Below are positions 25,307-38,408 of a stretch of 64,000 nt of DNA, in pieces (position 1 is the first letter of the stretch; each line of letters starts with the position of its first letter). The notes below the pieces were generated by a model. The model worked only from the letters and a program-made list of their open reading frames with translations, was not told where the DNA came from and did no database searches. A program made the position numbers and the translations under genes. Where the stretch lies: the NCBI RefSeq assembly GCF_018350175.1, contig NC_058373.1:70804001-70868000 (forward strand). The letters run 5' to 3'. This stretch comes from Felis catus. Lineage: Eukaryota.

Positions 25307-26351
25307 ATATCAATGGTTTTTACAGTGAATTTGTGTTATCTCTGATTCCAAAATTCCCTTTTGCCTTCCTAACAGCTCACGTTTTACTTCAACTACCTTA
25401 TGTATATTAAAGACTTAGGCACCAAAACTTTGACCAAAGGCAGAGATCAACAGAGCAGAGCTTACTGACTGCTGGGCTTCTGATCAAGGTTCTAGCAGAG
25501 AGGCAGCCATTCCATTTGTGATCTCCAAAGGAAGAATGTGAAAGACTTTTCTCTAACATAGTTTAATTTCTTAATGCAAAGATGTCAGTATTCTGTTTGT
25601 GAAGTGTATGCCTGTGTGAGCATCTGAGAGTGAGGGGTGAAAAGAAAAGGTGGTAGACTGAACCATTCCTTTCTCTTAATTGCCCTATAACTAGCCCTGA
25701 ACCCCACTATCATCCTTGCCTGGTGCCCTGGCATCTCAAACATGTCAGGGATTCTGGGAGATAAATCTGTCTATTTCTCCTCAATATTCCTCTCAGTTGC
25801 TACTTTCATGTTAGCCTTCTCTCCTCTGCCTTATCAGTTACCCCGCCTTTGTCTTGTCTTTTCCAAACATATGTTGAAATCTTTTGTCTGCATCTAACTT
25901 CTGTCCTATTCGTGAGTCTAAACTTTTTTCTCGTTTGTTGTTATTGCTATTTTATTTAGATCTTAGGAGGAAAAAGGAAAACTCATGTAGCCCACAATTT
26001 TAAATATAAGTTCAGTATATTTGTTATTTTTTAAAAGGATAGAATGATCCTTTTTCACAGAGGAAAGGTAATATGAAAAATAACTATAGGGAAATGCAAC
26101 AAAAGGTTAGTGGTGGTATTTTAATATTTTAATGGGGTCACCATAAATAATGTCGTCTCTGTTACTAAGGGAAAAAAGAAACAGTGGATACTGGGATAAC
26201 AACAGGTAGACTCTGTCACAAATAGGTATTGTGCATCCAGCTCTGTGCCATACATAGGGAGTAGAAAAAAGGTAAGATATGTTATTTATATCATTAATAA
26301 ATTACAGAAATGAGGTAAAATCCAGTAAGGGAACAAAAACTGGGAAAAAAT

Positions 26352-26547
26352 GTCTGATACCATTTTATAAACCATATGGAGGTGTGCTTAAGGCACACAG
26401 AAAACAGATGTTTGATGAAAACAATCAGGGAAGAATTCTTGAAAGATATAGAGATATAGAAACAAGATTTAAAAAGTTCCTCAGAATAAAATTGCTTTTC
26501 TGAAGTACTGAGACCATCCAGCTATCCTCTGACCTTACTAAGAACAC
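26352..26547 (+). repeat. Copy A of a diverged ~196-bp direct repeat (partner at 29312-29507)
   Basis: Collinear shared blocks CCATTTTA, TCAGGGAA, AATTCTTGAAAGA, TTCCTCAGAATAAAA, GCTTTTCTGAAG, AGCTATC, GAACAC. Confidence 0.85.
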
Positions 26548-27483
26548 AACAGAAAAGAATCTATTCTGTCCCTTTCAAAAATTGAAAATAAATTTAACCA
26601 AAAATGTATAATATATCTCCTTGACTTAGTCATTGCAATAGTTCAAATGTCAATTCATTTTAGTTGTTTTAATTAGTCTGTTCTATGTATTGCAAAAATA
26701 AAAGTAGGATAACTTTTAGTACAAATAATATACTACTAGGATTATAGAGAGTATTCAAATTTTCCAACAGGATCTTTAAAAAATTGCTCCACACAAAATA
26801 TGCAAAATGTACCACTTTTCCCCCTGTAAAGAAACAATCCTTTGGGCAGTTTATGAATGTACACTACTTCTTAATTGTATGCAGCGTATATTTCAATGTA
26901 TGCATTTTCACTGCATTCTATGTATGTATTATCGTTATCTCTTTATGAATCCATTTCCCCTACTAGATTATATGATATTTGTGGGGAAAGACTAGGAAAG
27001 GAAAAAAGAAGGAAAAAAAAGAAGGAAGGAAAGAAAGGAGGAGGGAGGAAGAGAGGGAAGGGAGGGAGATTGGGAGACAAGGAGGCAGTTTCTGGGAAGT
27101 TAGCCTTCTGTTTTTAAGAGAAATGGTCAGATTCCTCAGAGATCTTTCTCTTGTAACATCATTCTACATTGTTGAATTATAGTTTAAGAAAGATTAATTT
27201 GAATTGAAGGGACATAAAGCAGTTAAAGAGATACTGGCTCAGAGTGTTTACTCTCCTACTCTAAAAGTAAGAGAGGATAAACCTTGACAGTATAGAAACC
27301 TAGACAGTATAGAAAGGCTTAAGTTTAGCCCACCTAAACATAGAAAAAAGAGTCTCAAATTATTCCTGGTTAAATGAAAAGTACAAGATAATTGAATTTT
27401 AAGGACTTTTCCTTAAAAATCATTAATAAGTTACAGATAATTGAAGGTATTAGCTAATTCTCTGATTTTGCAATTCTGACAAG

Positions 27484-28422
27484 CTATCCCTTCCCCTTTT
27501 CCTTCAAGGAGAACTTGCGACTCCATATCCGTTTCATGGCATTCTTTACATCCTCATTCCTCAGAGTATAGATGAGTGGGTTTAGCATTGGGGTAATGGT
27601 AGTATAAAACACAGACACAGCCTTATCCAGTGGGAAAGTAGTGGAGGGACGGAGATAAATAAATATACAAGGGACAAAGAAGAAAGTTACTACAGTGAAA
27701 TGAGACCCACAGGTAGAGAGAGCCTTGCGCCGGCTCTCTGAAGATCGCTTACGGAGACTAAACAGAATGACCGTGTAGGAGGCCAGAAGAATGAGGAAAC
27801 ACCCCAGAGAGATGAGACCACTGTTGGCAACCACCAACATATTTACCAGGGTTGTATCAGCACAGGCAAGCTTTAGGACTGGGTGGACATCACAAAAGTA
27901 GTGGTCAATGACCTGATCATTGCAGAAAGGCAGCTGAAAGGTCAGAAGGGTCTGAACAAAGGAATGACCCAGGGCTCCTAACCAGGACAATGATGCCAGA
28001 ACAATACAAACATTGGCACTCATGATGGTAGTATAGCGGAGAGGTTGGCAGATGGCAGCATAACGGTCGAAAGCCATAACAGTCAAAACAAAAATCTCCG
28101 CACACCCAAAAAAGTGGAAGGTAAACATCTGAGTTACACAGCCCCAGTAGGAAATGGTCTTTTTCTCAGAAATAAAGTCTGCAATCATCTTGGGTGCTGT
28201 GGCTGAGGAATAGGCAATGTCCACAAAGGACAGGTTACTGAGGAAGAAATACATGGGCGTTTGGAGCTGGGGATCAGAAAAGACCGTAAGCAAAATGAGC
28301 AGATTTCCCACCATGATCACGATGTAGAAGAGGAGAAATAAGGCAAAGAACATCAGTTGCATTCCAGGATCTTGGGAAAGTCCTAGGAATATAAATTCAG
28401 TGACATTATTAGCCACTTCCAT
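27484..28422 (-). CDS. Olfactory receptor family 4, intact 312 aa; probable OR4H-subfamily gene (position of human OR4H12P)
   Basis: [46 protein letters not shown]; N-terminal NVT sequon. The subfamily call rests on recalled synteny between OR4Q3 and OR4M1. Confidence 0.92.
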   Translation of the reverse strand: MEVANNVTEFIFLGLSQDPGMQLMFFALFLLFYIVIMVGNLLILLTVFSDPQLQTPMYFFLSNLSFVDIAYSSATAPKMIADFISEKKTISYWGCVTQMFTFHFFGCAEIFVLTVMAFDRYAAICQPLRYTTIMSANVCIVLASLSWLGALGHSFVQTLLTFQLPFCNDQVIDHYFCDVHPVLKLACADTTLVNMLVVANSGLISLGCFLILLASYTVILFSLRKRSSESRRKALSTCGSHFTVVTFFFVPCIFIYLRPSTTFPLDKAVSVFYTTITPMLNPLIYTLRNEDVKNAMKRIWSRKFSLKEKGKG

Positions 28423-28460
28423 GGGGACCCAGATGGTACTGGCTTGGTGGCTCTGGTTCT

Positions 28461-28485
28461 CTGCAAAAATAAATAAATATAAACC
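28461..28485 (-). promoter_or_regulatory. Predicted splice acceptor upstream of the OR4H-like coding exon
   Basis: Minus strand reads TATATTTATTTATTTTTGCAG|AGAACC, 38 nt before the ATG. Confidence 0.55.
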
Positions 28486-29311
28486 ACTGTAAGCATGGTA
28501 CAGCCTAAAGGAGAAGTCTTATTAAAATATTTAAGTGATGCTAAATATAGGAGAGTAAACTTCATATTTCTTGAGCATAGTCAATTTTCTTACCACATTA
28601 TTGACTCACATTTGGTTTCTGTTACACTCAGACCTATAGTTCTTTTCTCTCAAATAATAATCTAGAGAATATGACGATTTTTTATTGGATTTAATGTTGT
28701 TCCCTAATCCTCCCTCTCTCTGTCTCTCTCTCTCTCGTATTGCCAGAAATTCTCTTTCAGATGGAAAATTTTAAATCAATTATTAAATAAATTTTTGAGG
28801 CTTAAGGTAAATATAAGAAGTCAGAATCCGAGATTTGATGCCAAATTTCTTAGATGGATCTTTTTTAACATAATGTACAGAGATCAACTTTAGAAGAATA
28901 ACATTCTACTTAATCAAATGATAGACTTTTTAGTTTCTAAATTAGGTTGGGAGTTTCAATACAATTAAAGATTAAGTCATTTTTAGTGATGAACAACAGC
29001 AGAAACAGAGGTCTCCTGCTTACCAAAAACCCATGCTTATAAGTAACATCCTGGGAGTTTGAGTCCTAAGACTTGGTATCCATGTGAAAATTTCATTTTG
29101 CTTGTCAGTAAGGAATACGTGAAGAGTGGTCAACCTATACAGAGAAATGTTTTTCTCTATGTTGCTCTAAAGAGTTGAAAAGCTAAAACATACTGAGGCC
29201 CCTATCATTCTCAACCCCTTTGCCTTGAAATAGCCTTCTGTCCTTGTAATCATAGGTAAGAATCAGTAGTTAAATTTCCATACAGAAAAAGCTGTAAATG
29301 GTAAAGAATAA

Positions 29312-29507
29312 GTCTAACACCATTTTACAAACTATACACAGGGATGCTCAGGGAATACAGATAAAAATATTGAGTTAAAATTATCAGGGAAAAATTCTTG
29401 AAAGAGATAAATCATAAGACAGGATCTAAAGAACTTCCTCAGAATAAAAAATGGCTTTTCTGAAGCATTGCAAATTACTAGCTATCTTTCATCTTTGCTA
29501 GGAACAC
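29312..29507 (+). repeat. Copy B of the diverged ~196-bp direct repeat
   Basis: Collinear with 26352-26547, same length and orientation. Confidence 0.85.
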
Positions 29508-29879
29508 CTTTTTTCTGCCTGGATAGTGAAGCTGAGTGATTTAAGTTTGAACACCCCCACCAAATGGATTACTTTAAGTAAATCTATTTTCTCAATCTCA
29601 GTCTTCTCATTTATAAAAGATGGGTAACAAAAATTATTTTACTTCACAGAACTGTTACAGAAATAAAATGAGATCATTTGTGTAACTTTTTTTGTATTTA
29701 TGAAGTGATTTACTTTGTCATTTGAGTCTGTGAAGTGTGGGATCTTTTTAGTAAGTAGAAGTTTTCATTTGATCTATTCATTATATAAAAATTATATAGA
29801 AAATATTAAAATTTATCCATAATTTTATTCCTGAGATAATAAACGATAATATCTGTCCATCTCCATGGTAGACATATTA

Positions 29880-30110
29880 TTAATAGTGGTGATACTGGTA
29901 GTAAATATCTACTAAGCACTTTACTATGTGCAGGATTATATGCTAAACTATTAGCATATGTTACCCCATCTATCCTCACAGCAACATTTTAATTTCTATC
30001 TCCATTTTAAGGAGCACAAAATTTTGAAGAGATTAGGTAAATTATCTAGTAAAACACAGTCAGTGAAGAGGCTGGTATTTGAATTGAGACATTCTGATTC
30101 CAAAACCCAC
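29880..30110. mobile_element. MIR element
   Basis: TAAGCACTTTACTATGTGCAGG...ATCCTCACAGCAAC...TATCTCCATTTTAAGGAG; boundaries approximate. Confidence 0.6.
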
Positions 30111-30479
30111 ACAACACTCATCCCCCTAAATAAATAATAGGTAGAACAATAAGTGAAAAGATGATAATGCTAGATGATAGATAGATAGATAGATAGATGA
30201 AAGAAAGAACTAGAGATAGAAAAAGAAAGAAAGATAAACTTCTCATGAAAAGGAATTCCTTTTTTTAAAAAATCAACTGCGCTCTTATGGTGTAAAGTCC
30301 TTTGATTAGAGGATATGCTCCAAGTCCTTAACATCTTTGAATATTCTGACACTACAACAGCAAAGCCAAATTGTTCTCAGTTATAGCCAAATGGCAGAAT
30401 CATAAGGGTTGAAAATCATTTAGGTAATAATAGAAAATTTCTATTGTACTTACTATTGTCTAAGTGGTAATAATTCATT

Positions 30480-30625
30480 TAATCCTCATAACATTCTTAC
30501 AGTGTAGGCTATCATCATTATCCCCACTTCAGAGATGAGGAAACTGAAGCACAGAGAAAGTGCATAACTTGCCCAAGGTCACAGAGCTAGGTAATTGACA
30601 GAGTTGGTATTGGAACCTAGGCAAA
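30480..30625. mobile_element. MIR element
   Basis: CCCCACTTCAGAGATGAGGAAACTGAAGCACAGAGAAAG...ACTTGCCCAAGGTCACAGAGCTAG is the MIR core. Confidence 0.85.
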
Positions 30626-30639
30626 AGGACTTTAAAGTT

Positions 30640-30900
30640 TATTTTATTTTTTTATTAATTTTATTTTTTTTTAATGTACATCCAAGTTAGCATATAGTGC
30701 AACAATGATTTCAGGAGTAGATTCCTTAGTGCCCCTTACCCATTTACCCCATCCTCCCTCCCACAACTCCTCCAGTAACCCTCTGTTTGTTCCCCATATT
30801 TAAGAGTCTCTTATGTTTTTGTCCCCCTCCCTGTTTTTATATTATTTTTGTTTCTCTTTCCTTATGCTCATCTGTTTTGTCTCTTAAAGTTCTCATATGA
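30640..30900 (-). mobile_element. Felid L1 3'UTR fragment
   Basis: T-rich tail followed by the reverse complement of a carnivore L1 3'UTR (TAAGAGTCTCTTATG). Confidence 0.85.
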
Positions 30901-31017
30901 TGCATACTCCTGGAGCTGTGGGACTGTGGGCATAAAGTCAGCATGCCTTCTTTCTCATTTAAAAGTCTTAAAATTTCTGTAATAGCCAAAAGACTCCTTT
31001 TCTGCTAATTGTGAAGG

Positions 31018-31214
31018 TTTTTTTGTTTTTTTGTTTTATTTTAAGTTTATTTATTTATTTTGAGAGAGAGAGAGTGGGGGAGGGGCAGAAAGAGAGGGAG
31101 GCAGAGAATCCCAATGCAGGGCTTGAACTCACGAACCATGAGAGAACCATGAGATCATGACCTGAGCTGAAGTCAAGACTTAGACTCTCAATGACTGAGC
31201 CACCCAGGCACCCC
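31018..31214 (-). mobile_element. Carnivore SINE
   Basis: Reverse-strand SINE ending GCCACCCAGGCACCCC; diverged TSD CTAA(T/C)TGTGAA. Confidence 0.88.
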
Positions 31215-31983
31215 TAACTGTGAAATTTTGTAAAGCTGTATCCAGTACTTTGAGGCAAACACTACATTTACAACTGGCAAGATCATCACAACATTCAGAG
31301 TTTGTGCCCAACTTTGCTTAAACTTACACTGAGGATGTCATAAGCGATGTGGTACTGATAATCTTGATGTTATTTCATCGACATGTGTTGCCAGAGGAGG
31401 GGAGGCCCGCATGTAAACCAGCAATCCCAGGTCTAGAGGAGAGTCGGAGACACGTCTCCAGAGAAGGTCTTCACTGAGTGGAATGTTGGAAGGTGAATTA
31501 GAGTTAACCTGATGATGAAGAAGACTGCAGGGTGAGGGCACAGAAGACAGGGCAGGGCAGGAAGGACATTCCAGGCCTAATGGACTGGAATATATGAAGA
31601 CAGTGTAAATCATCATAGCATCCCCACTGGGGAATTCCAACAGGTTTGACATGATTCAACACAGAATACATGAAAGCAAGTGTCAGGAAGTGAGGCTAAA
31701 AAGGAAGAGGAGCTCAGATCATAGTCTTGTATGTTAAGTTGAGGAGTTGGAACTTATTGTGAATGATTTGGCGGATCATGAAGAAAGATCACTCTAGCAG
31801 CAGGAGGGCAGCAGGAATAGGTGCTGAAGAGTAGCTGTTACAAAGAAGCCTGAAACCCAAGTTTCCTAGGTTCAAATTCAAGCTCCCCTATTTGTTCACA
31901 TTAGGACTTTAGGAAAGTTACTTAACTTCCCTTTCCTCAGTTTTCTCAAGCGTTAAATGTAGATAAAAATACCACACAGCACT

Positions 31984-32198
31984 GGGGCGCCTGGGTGGCT
32001 CAGTTGGTTAAGCTTCTGACTTCTGCTCAGGTTATGATCTCACAATATGTGAATTAGAGCCCCACACAGGCTCTGTGCTGACAGCTTGAGGCCGGGAGCC
32101 TGCTTCAGATTCTGTGTCTCCCTCTCTCTCTGCCCCTCCCCCACTCACGCTCTGTCTCTCCTTCAAAAATAAATAAACATTAAAGAAAATTTTTTAAA
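31984..32198 (+). mobile_element. Felid SINE inserted next to a MIR
   Basis: GGGGCGCCTGGGTGGCTCAGTTGGTTAAG head; diverged TSD AAATA(C/G)CACACAGCAC. Confidence 0.92.
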
Positions 32199-35100
32199 GG
32201 AAATAGCACACAGCACATAATTGCTGTAAGGATTAGGTGTGTATCTTATGTAAAGCACTTATGTACATGGCACACTATAAGTGAACACATAATCATCATT
32301 CCCATCTTTGTGACCAGAGAATATGCTGACTGGAAGGAAGGAGAAAAGCCTGGATAGGAGTCATTGTAAGATGCTAAATTCCTTACTACATTCATCTCCT
32401 AATTCCCATTTATATGTATTTCCATGCTTTCCATTTTTACAAAACTAACCTACTGATGACACCCACTTTCTCAAATATATTCTTTGACTTAGAGTAGTAG
32501 CAGAAAATAGTGCATATTTTTTAATCACTTTAAGAGTTCAAGCAAGGATACCAAAGATGTTTGGGCAGCTACAGTATTCTTCTTGAGTAGTGACAATCTC
32601 AACTTTATCTGGGATCACCTCATAAGCTGATTAAGGTAATTCAAGTCTAAGACCAAGATCCTTCTACTATCTTTACTGGGAGAAAGAGAACAGGATTTAA
32701 AGATAGAACAACAGAGCCTGATTCAACAGCTCTGCCTCTTACAGGCTATGTGATCTTAACACCATTTTCCTTACTTCTATTAACTTCAGAGTCCTCTCCT
32801 GTGAAAGAATAATGCCACACATGGTAAGGATCAAATTAATTAATGGACACTAAAACAACAAGTTACCTGTAAAACTAAGTCATAATCATTTCAGTGAAAA
32901 AAATTCAGAAGCATCAGTATCCAATGTCTGAACACTGTGGACCAGGGCTTGTATGGGACTCATCAGCATTTCCACTGGTCTGTACAGGTTCTTAGGTCAA
33001 ATTTTGTCTCTCAGATAATGCCAAAGAATATACACTAGTTATAATGGTACCTCTGCTGTTAAAGAAATAAGATCGCTCATTTATTTAACTCCATAAGCCC
33101 ACTTGAATTATTTCAAATAAAATAAATAGCAAGACTGCAGTGCCCTGAAATTCTCTAAGAAAGAGATTTAGTCTTAGTTTCTTCTGTGAACAATTTGCAA
33201 AGAACAGGGATCAAATATTCTGTTTCTTCTTCCTAACACCAAGTTCCATCCCATGGCGAGTTCTTTGTGCAATAGTATCCTTGACATCAATATCCCTCAT
33301 AGAGACATGTACACAGAAAACATGTATGTTTTCATGCCTCTGGTCATTTGACATCATTTTATTACCTGTAGATACTTTGAACTTTTACCTATAGAAAAAT
33401 TTAAAGTCCTAATTTATCCTGTCCCTCTAATTGTCTACAATTGAGAAAGAAACTTACTAATTATGTGTGGAACTGAGAGATAAGGAATAATAATCTGAAT
33501 AAGGCTTCAAAACAACTTGCAAATGTGTTAATGTAACACCATGTAGGTTATTTAAGGTACCATCCATATCATCTTCTATATTTCAGGCAACACCAATATT
33601 TATTTATCCTTTCACTTAATAAATATTTATTGAGCACATTCTCTGTGTCTGGTGTTATGCCGTGAATATAAAAAAGATAAGTAAAACCCAATACCTGACA
33701 TAGTCATTCATTTTAGAGTAATATGTTTAAAAGGCCTTCTCAAATCCTCTTACATTGAACCATAACTTATGTAAAAAATTATACTTACATAGATAAAAAA
33801 AATATTAGTGATTACTTGACTTTATTCCACTCATCTAACCATGAGTGAAACTAGTGAAGTGTAAGAGGAAATTGAATTATGTAGGCTGCACTGCTAGTGA
33901 TAAAGCTAGAACTAAATTCCAACTGAAATAATATTGATACACACCTTAAACTACAGCAAACTATTTCCTAAATCACTTAAAAGAATTATTATAACAGATG
34001 TTGTAAGTGGATGAAGAATTTAATGATTTCTCTTTATCCCTGAATATGATTTGAATCAATGAAAATTGCCCTTACCTCTCACCCTGGTTGTTAACTTATC
34101 ATTACAGATGGGAAACTTACTCTGGCTGTCTTCTTGAGTGTGGTCCCACGACATGGATTTGGACAACCTGAGATCTTCTTAGATCAATAAACCTTTCTGA
34201 GATGGAAATGTGATCTATATCTAGATATTCACGCTAAAAGATTGAAATGTGTACAGTGATGTTTCTCTTATGTGTGTGTTGCATTTCACAAGACGATTAT
34301 GCCTACAGCCTGAGAAGAGGTCCTGTTTGTTCATTTGTTCTCTCCTTCTTTCTCTCAGGATTTTATGAGCTTATAGCCATGCCATGGCTTCTGATCTTGG
34401 TCTGTAAGACTTTATTTCTGTATTCCTGGCTGCCAGGAGAAAGAAACTGTCAGCAATCTTTATGCATCATCAGAGTCCTGAGGGAATGGCTGGCCAGGTG
34501 ATTAGGTAGCATCTAGAGAGTATTATTAGGCAGGAAAGTGCCAAGTATAATTCCCATTAAGTGACCCCTTGTAAAACCATATGAAGGCTACTTGGCAAAT
34601 TGATAGTTAAAAATAAGCAGGCCATTTTTTGCAGCTTTGCACAATTTACTCATAGCTAAAGTTGGGGCAAAGGAAACTTGGTGATGCTCAGTATCACTAT
34701 ATTGGACCACTAACCCAAGTATATTAGTTTATAAAACTATTAAAGTGTTTTCATTTAAAAATTCATTTTAAAAACTACTGAAGCTCAACTACACAAGCAA
34801 AATGTTTAATTTAGTGACACAGTAAAGATACTGCCTCAGTCCTATTATTACATGCATGAGTTTCTAAGAACTTAGGTCAAGGGGGCTTGACAAAAATTGA
34901 GGATTACACCTCTGCCCTCTAGTATAAAATGTGTTATTGAATTGCAGCATGAACTTCTAGGTCATGCCTAAAGTTCTGTGTGTTTGAATGGCACAACCAC
35001 AACAAGAGAAAATACAGTAATTCAAATAGCATTCACCTCAGTTAGGGTGCTTTTCTAAGGCAGAAAGGATGATCACATTGCAGCCTAGAAAGGCCTTTTG

Positions 35101-35364
35101 TTGTTGTCAGCAACAGTTTATTGTCCCATGACTCTAGGTTATAAATAAAGGGGCTGTTCAGACAAGGAATGGCTAACTGTGAGCATACTGTTTTCACTGG
35201 ATTCCCCACTCAAATTCTTTTTGAGATGAAAAATTGTCATGTGCTTCTCTCTCTTTCTTCCTTATCTTTCTTTTCTTTCCTTTCTTCCTCCCTCCCTTTC
35301 TTCCTGCCTAAGTTCCTTCTTTTATTTCATTTCCTTCATTCCTTTCTTTAAAAACACATTTAGC

Positions 35365-35775
35365 CAGACAAAGAAAGACAAGTGTTGTATGATTTCATTT
35401 ATATGTGGAGTCTAAAAAAGCCAAACTTGTAGAAACAGAGAGTAGAATGGTAGTTACCAAGGGTGGGGGTGGGAGAATTCAGGAGATGTTGTGAAGGGGA
35501 ACAAGCTTACAACTAGAAGATCAATAAGTTCTAGAGATCTAATGTACAACATACCAACTGTAGTCAATAATTACTTCAAAACTGCTAAGAGATTAGATCT
35601 GAAATGTTCTTCCCACAGAAAAGAAATAATAATAACATGATGTGATAGAAGAGTTGGCCAAAGTTATAGTAGTAACCATGTTGCAATATATAAACATCAA
35701 ACTAACATATTTTACATGTTAAAATCACAAAATGTTATAGGTCAATTATATCTCAATTTGGAAAAAAAAAAAAAA
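35365..35775 (+). mobile_element. L1MA-type 3'UTR fragment with poly(A)
   Basis: ATATGTGGAGTCTAAAAAAGCC...GAGAGTAGAATGGTAGTTACC...ATATCTCAATTTGG followed by an A-run. Confidence 0.85.
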
Positions 35776-37644
35776 CCTTATCAAGAATTTATTGGCACTG
35801 GGCACCATGCCAGACACTCCAGATACAACAACCACTGAATAATGGGGCAGCCCAATGAGTGAGGGAACAAAAGTGCAATAACTATGGTGTGTGTTATGCT
35901 GATGAGAGATAAGCACACCAAGCTATGAGAATTCATATGAGGACCAATAAATGAAACTCTACAAGGACAGGCTCAGAGATGACTTGCAAGAAAATAAGAC
36001 TCTTAATCTAAGTACTGAAGGCAAGAAGTAGGTCACTAATTCCAGCAGAGGCAGCAACATCTTCAGAGGCATGAAGATATGAGGAGAACAGCAAGTAGTT
36101 TACAGGCTCAAGCAACGCGACAGGACTGAAACCATAAGGGAGGACTGGGACCATGACTTGGTCTCAGAACAAGCGTAGTCAGTAGACCTGAGCCCAAGGT
36201 TTAGAGTGGTACTGTAGCCCAGTGAATAATGTGGGGACTCCTAGGCATTACCCTAGATTTTCTTATCCCCACGTATACTCTATGTCCCTACAGATTCCAT
36301 GATAATATTTGTACCAGAGTCTAGGACAAGATACAACTTTCAGATAAGAAACTATATATCTAAAGAAAAAAAGAGGACAAGATTGATAGGGACAGGAAAT
36401 ACTTATTCACTTAAGAGAGGAAGCAGACTGTACTGTGAGTGTTTACATTATAGATTTCACCATTTTCTCTAAGTAAAAGAATCTCACCAGGTGCTTTGTT
36501 TATGGGATAATTACAAAAAGCGTCTTGGAAACATAATAAGCATAAAGATAATAATAACTAAAAGTACAATAAATAAAAAATGGATAACTTAGATAAGCCT
36601 ATTCATTAAGGAAAAACTACTGAAATGTAATCTAATAAAACAAATATAAATAAAATATGGAGTTTAGCTAATAGTATGCATCAGCTTTGGCTCATTAGTT
36701 CTGACAAATATGCCATATCATGTAAGATGTTAACAATAGGAGAAATGGTGCAAGCTGTACAGAAACTCTGTACTATCTTTGTAACTTTTCTATACATTTA
36801 ATTAACCAGAACATTTCAAAAACACTTAAAATGTGATTTTTAACATAATTTTGAGAGTGCACATATTGCCCAATATGACATTTCGTGTCAAGGTTGGTTT
36901 CAATGTCAATGGGGGAGTTACCAGGGATTTTACTATCATATGGCATGGATCTGGAGTCAAAAACTCTTAATTCATCTTTCTGTCCTGTGATTCTTCAGGA
37001 TCAAACAATTGTACAGTCTTCTTTCAGCCTCTATTTCCCTTTTAACATAAAATATAATAGTAATGGTAACATAAGCAGTCAATACTTACTGAGTTCTGTC
37101 TTATGCAGAAATGCTTGTTAGGGCTTTACAAGTACTATTTTGTGTTGCTTTCCTGAGAACCTTATGCTCTGTACGCTATTATTGTCCTCACTGTATACTC
37201 AAAGGAGCATTGAGAGATTAAGTTCCTTGTGCCCTAGTAAGTGGTGAGCTGGGCATGATGAAGCTGTCTCACACCAGGGTCCACACTTCTGACTTACTCT
37301 CTCCTCTGTGCTCTATTCTCCCCAATTATCTGGACTTACATACTGTCTTAGAATGCTCTTCACATTCCTCTGGTGTTTATTGGGAGACTTCATAATTAGA
37401 TATTTGGGCAGTCTGTTGATGTTTGGTGGAACACCCAAATGGCAAGATGTCTACCGCATTTCCAGACACACAAGAGGCACTCTGGAAATAGTTGTTAAAA
37501 TAATAAATGGATAATAGATTAATCATGAATTAATGAATTAATAATGAGTGAATGAATATTAAAAGATCAAAAAAATCACCAAGAGTTGTTTATCAGAGGA
37601 TTATCTCCAAGGAAATGTTTTCTATAAATGAAAAGTAAATGTGT

Positions 37645-37836
37645 GGCACTGGGGTGGCTCAGCCAGTTGTGTCTGACCAGCTCAGGTCATGATCTCACAG
37701 TGTCTGAGTTCAAACCCTGCATCTAGCTCTCTGCTGTCAGTGCAGAGCTCTTCAGATCCTCTGTTCCCCTCTCTCTCAGCTCCACCGCCACTCATTCTCT
37801 CACTCTCTCTTTTTTCTCTCTCTCCATCTCCCTCCC
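37645..37836 (+). mobile_element. Carnivore SINE running into a gap
   Basis: GGGTGGCTCAG head, CAGGTCATGATCTC body, CT-rich tract up to the N-run. Confidence 0.8.
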
Positions 37837-38179
37837 NNNNNNNNNNNNNNNNNNNNNNNNNNNNNNNNNNNNNNNNNNNNNNNNNNNNNNNNNNNNNNNN
37901 NNNNNNNNNNNNNNNNNNNNNNNNNNNNNNNNNNNNNNNNNNNNNNNNNNNNNNNNNNNNNNNNNNNNNNNNNNNNNNNNNNNNNNNNNNNNNNNNNNNN
38001 NNNNNNNNNNNNNNNNNNNNNNNNNNNNNNNNNNNNNNNNNNNNNNNNNNNNNNNNNNNNNNNNNNNNNNNNNNNNNNNNNNNNNNNNNNNNNNNNNNNN
38101 CTTCTCTCCAATAATACTTTGTAGTTTCTAGGGCCCTTAAAGGGAGAAATTTGACAAAGGGAAGTGGGATTTTGTCTTC

Positions 38180-38408
38180 TTTTTTTTTAATTGTTTTTAA
38201 TGCTTATTTTTGAAAGAGAGAGAGAGAGAGAGAGAGCGAGCAAGCACAAGTGGGGAAGGGACAGAGAGAGAGGGAGACAGAATCCAAAGCAGGCTCCAGG
38301 CTCTGAGCTGTCCACATAGATCCTGATGCAGGTCTCGAACTCACGAACTGTGACATCATGACCTGAGCCAAAGGCAGATGCTTAACTGACTAAGCCACCC
38401 AGGCACCC
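38180..38408 (-). mobile_element. Felid SINE
   Basis: Reverse-strand SINE with (GA)n, ending GCCACCCAGGCACCC. Confidence 0.9.

Noticed and set aside
25400-25560. Expected position of a second OR CDS if repeat copy A marked a duplicated gene
   Set aside because: I found no OR motif on the minus strand, so I make no pseudogene call.
27280-27316. Short tandem duplications (also about 19413, 42541, 45587 and 52331)
   Set aside because: These 10-28 nt slippage duplicates are common background; there is no array structure, so they are not CRISPR-like.
34359-34497. Plus-strand exon-like segment (pyrimidine tract-AG to CAG|GTGATT)
   Set aside because: No recognisable coding content and no nearby plus-strand gene; such site pairs occur often by chance.
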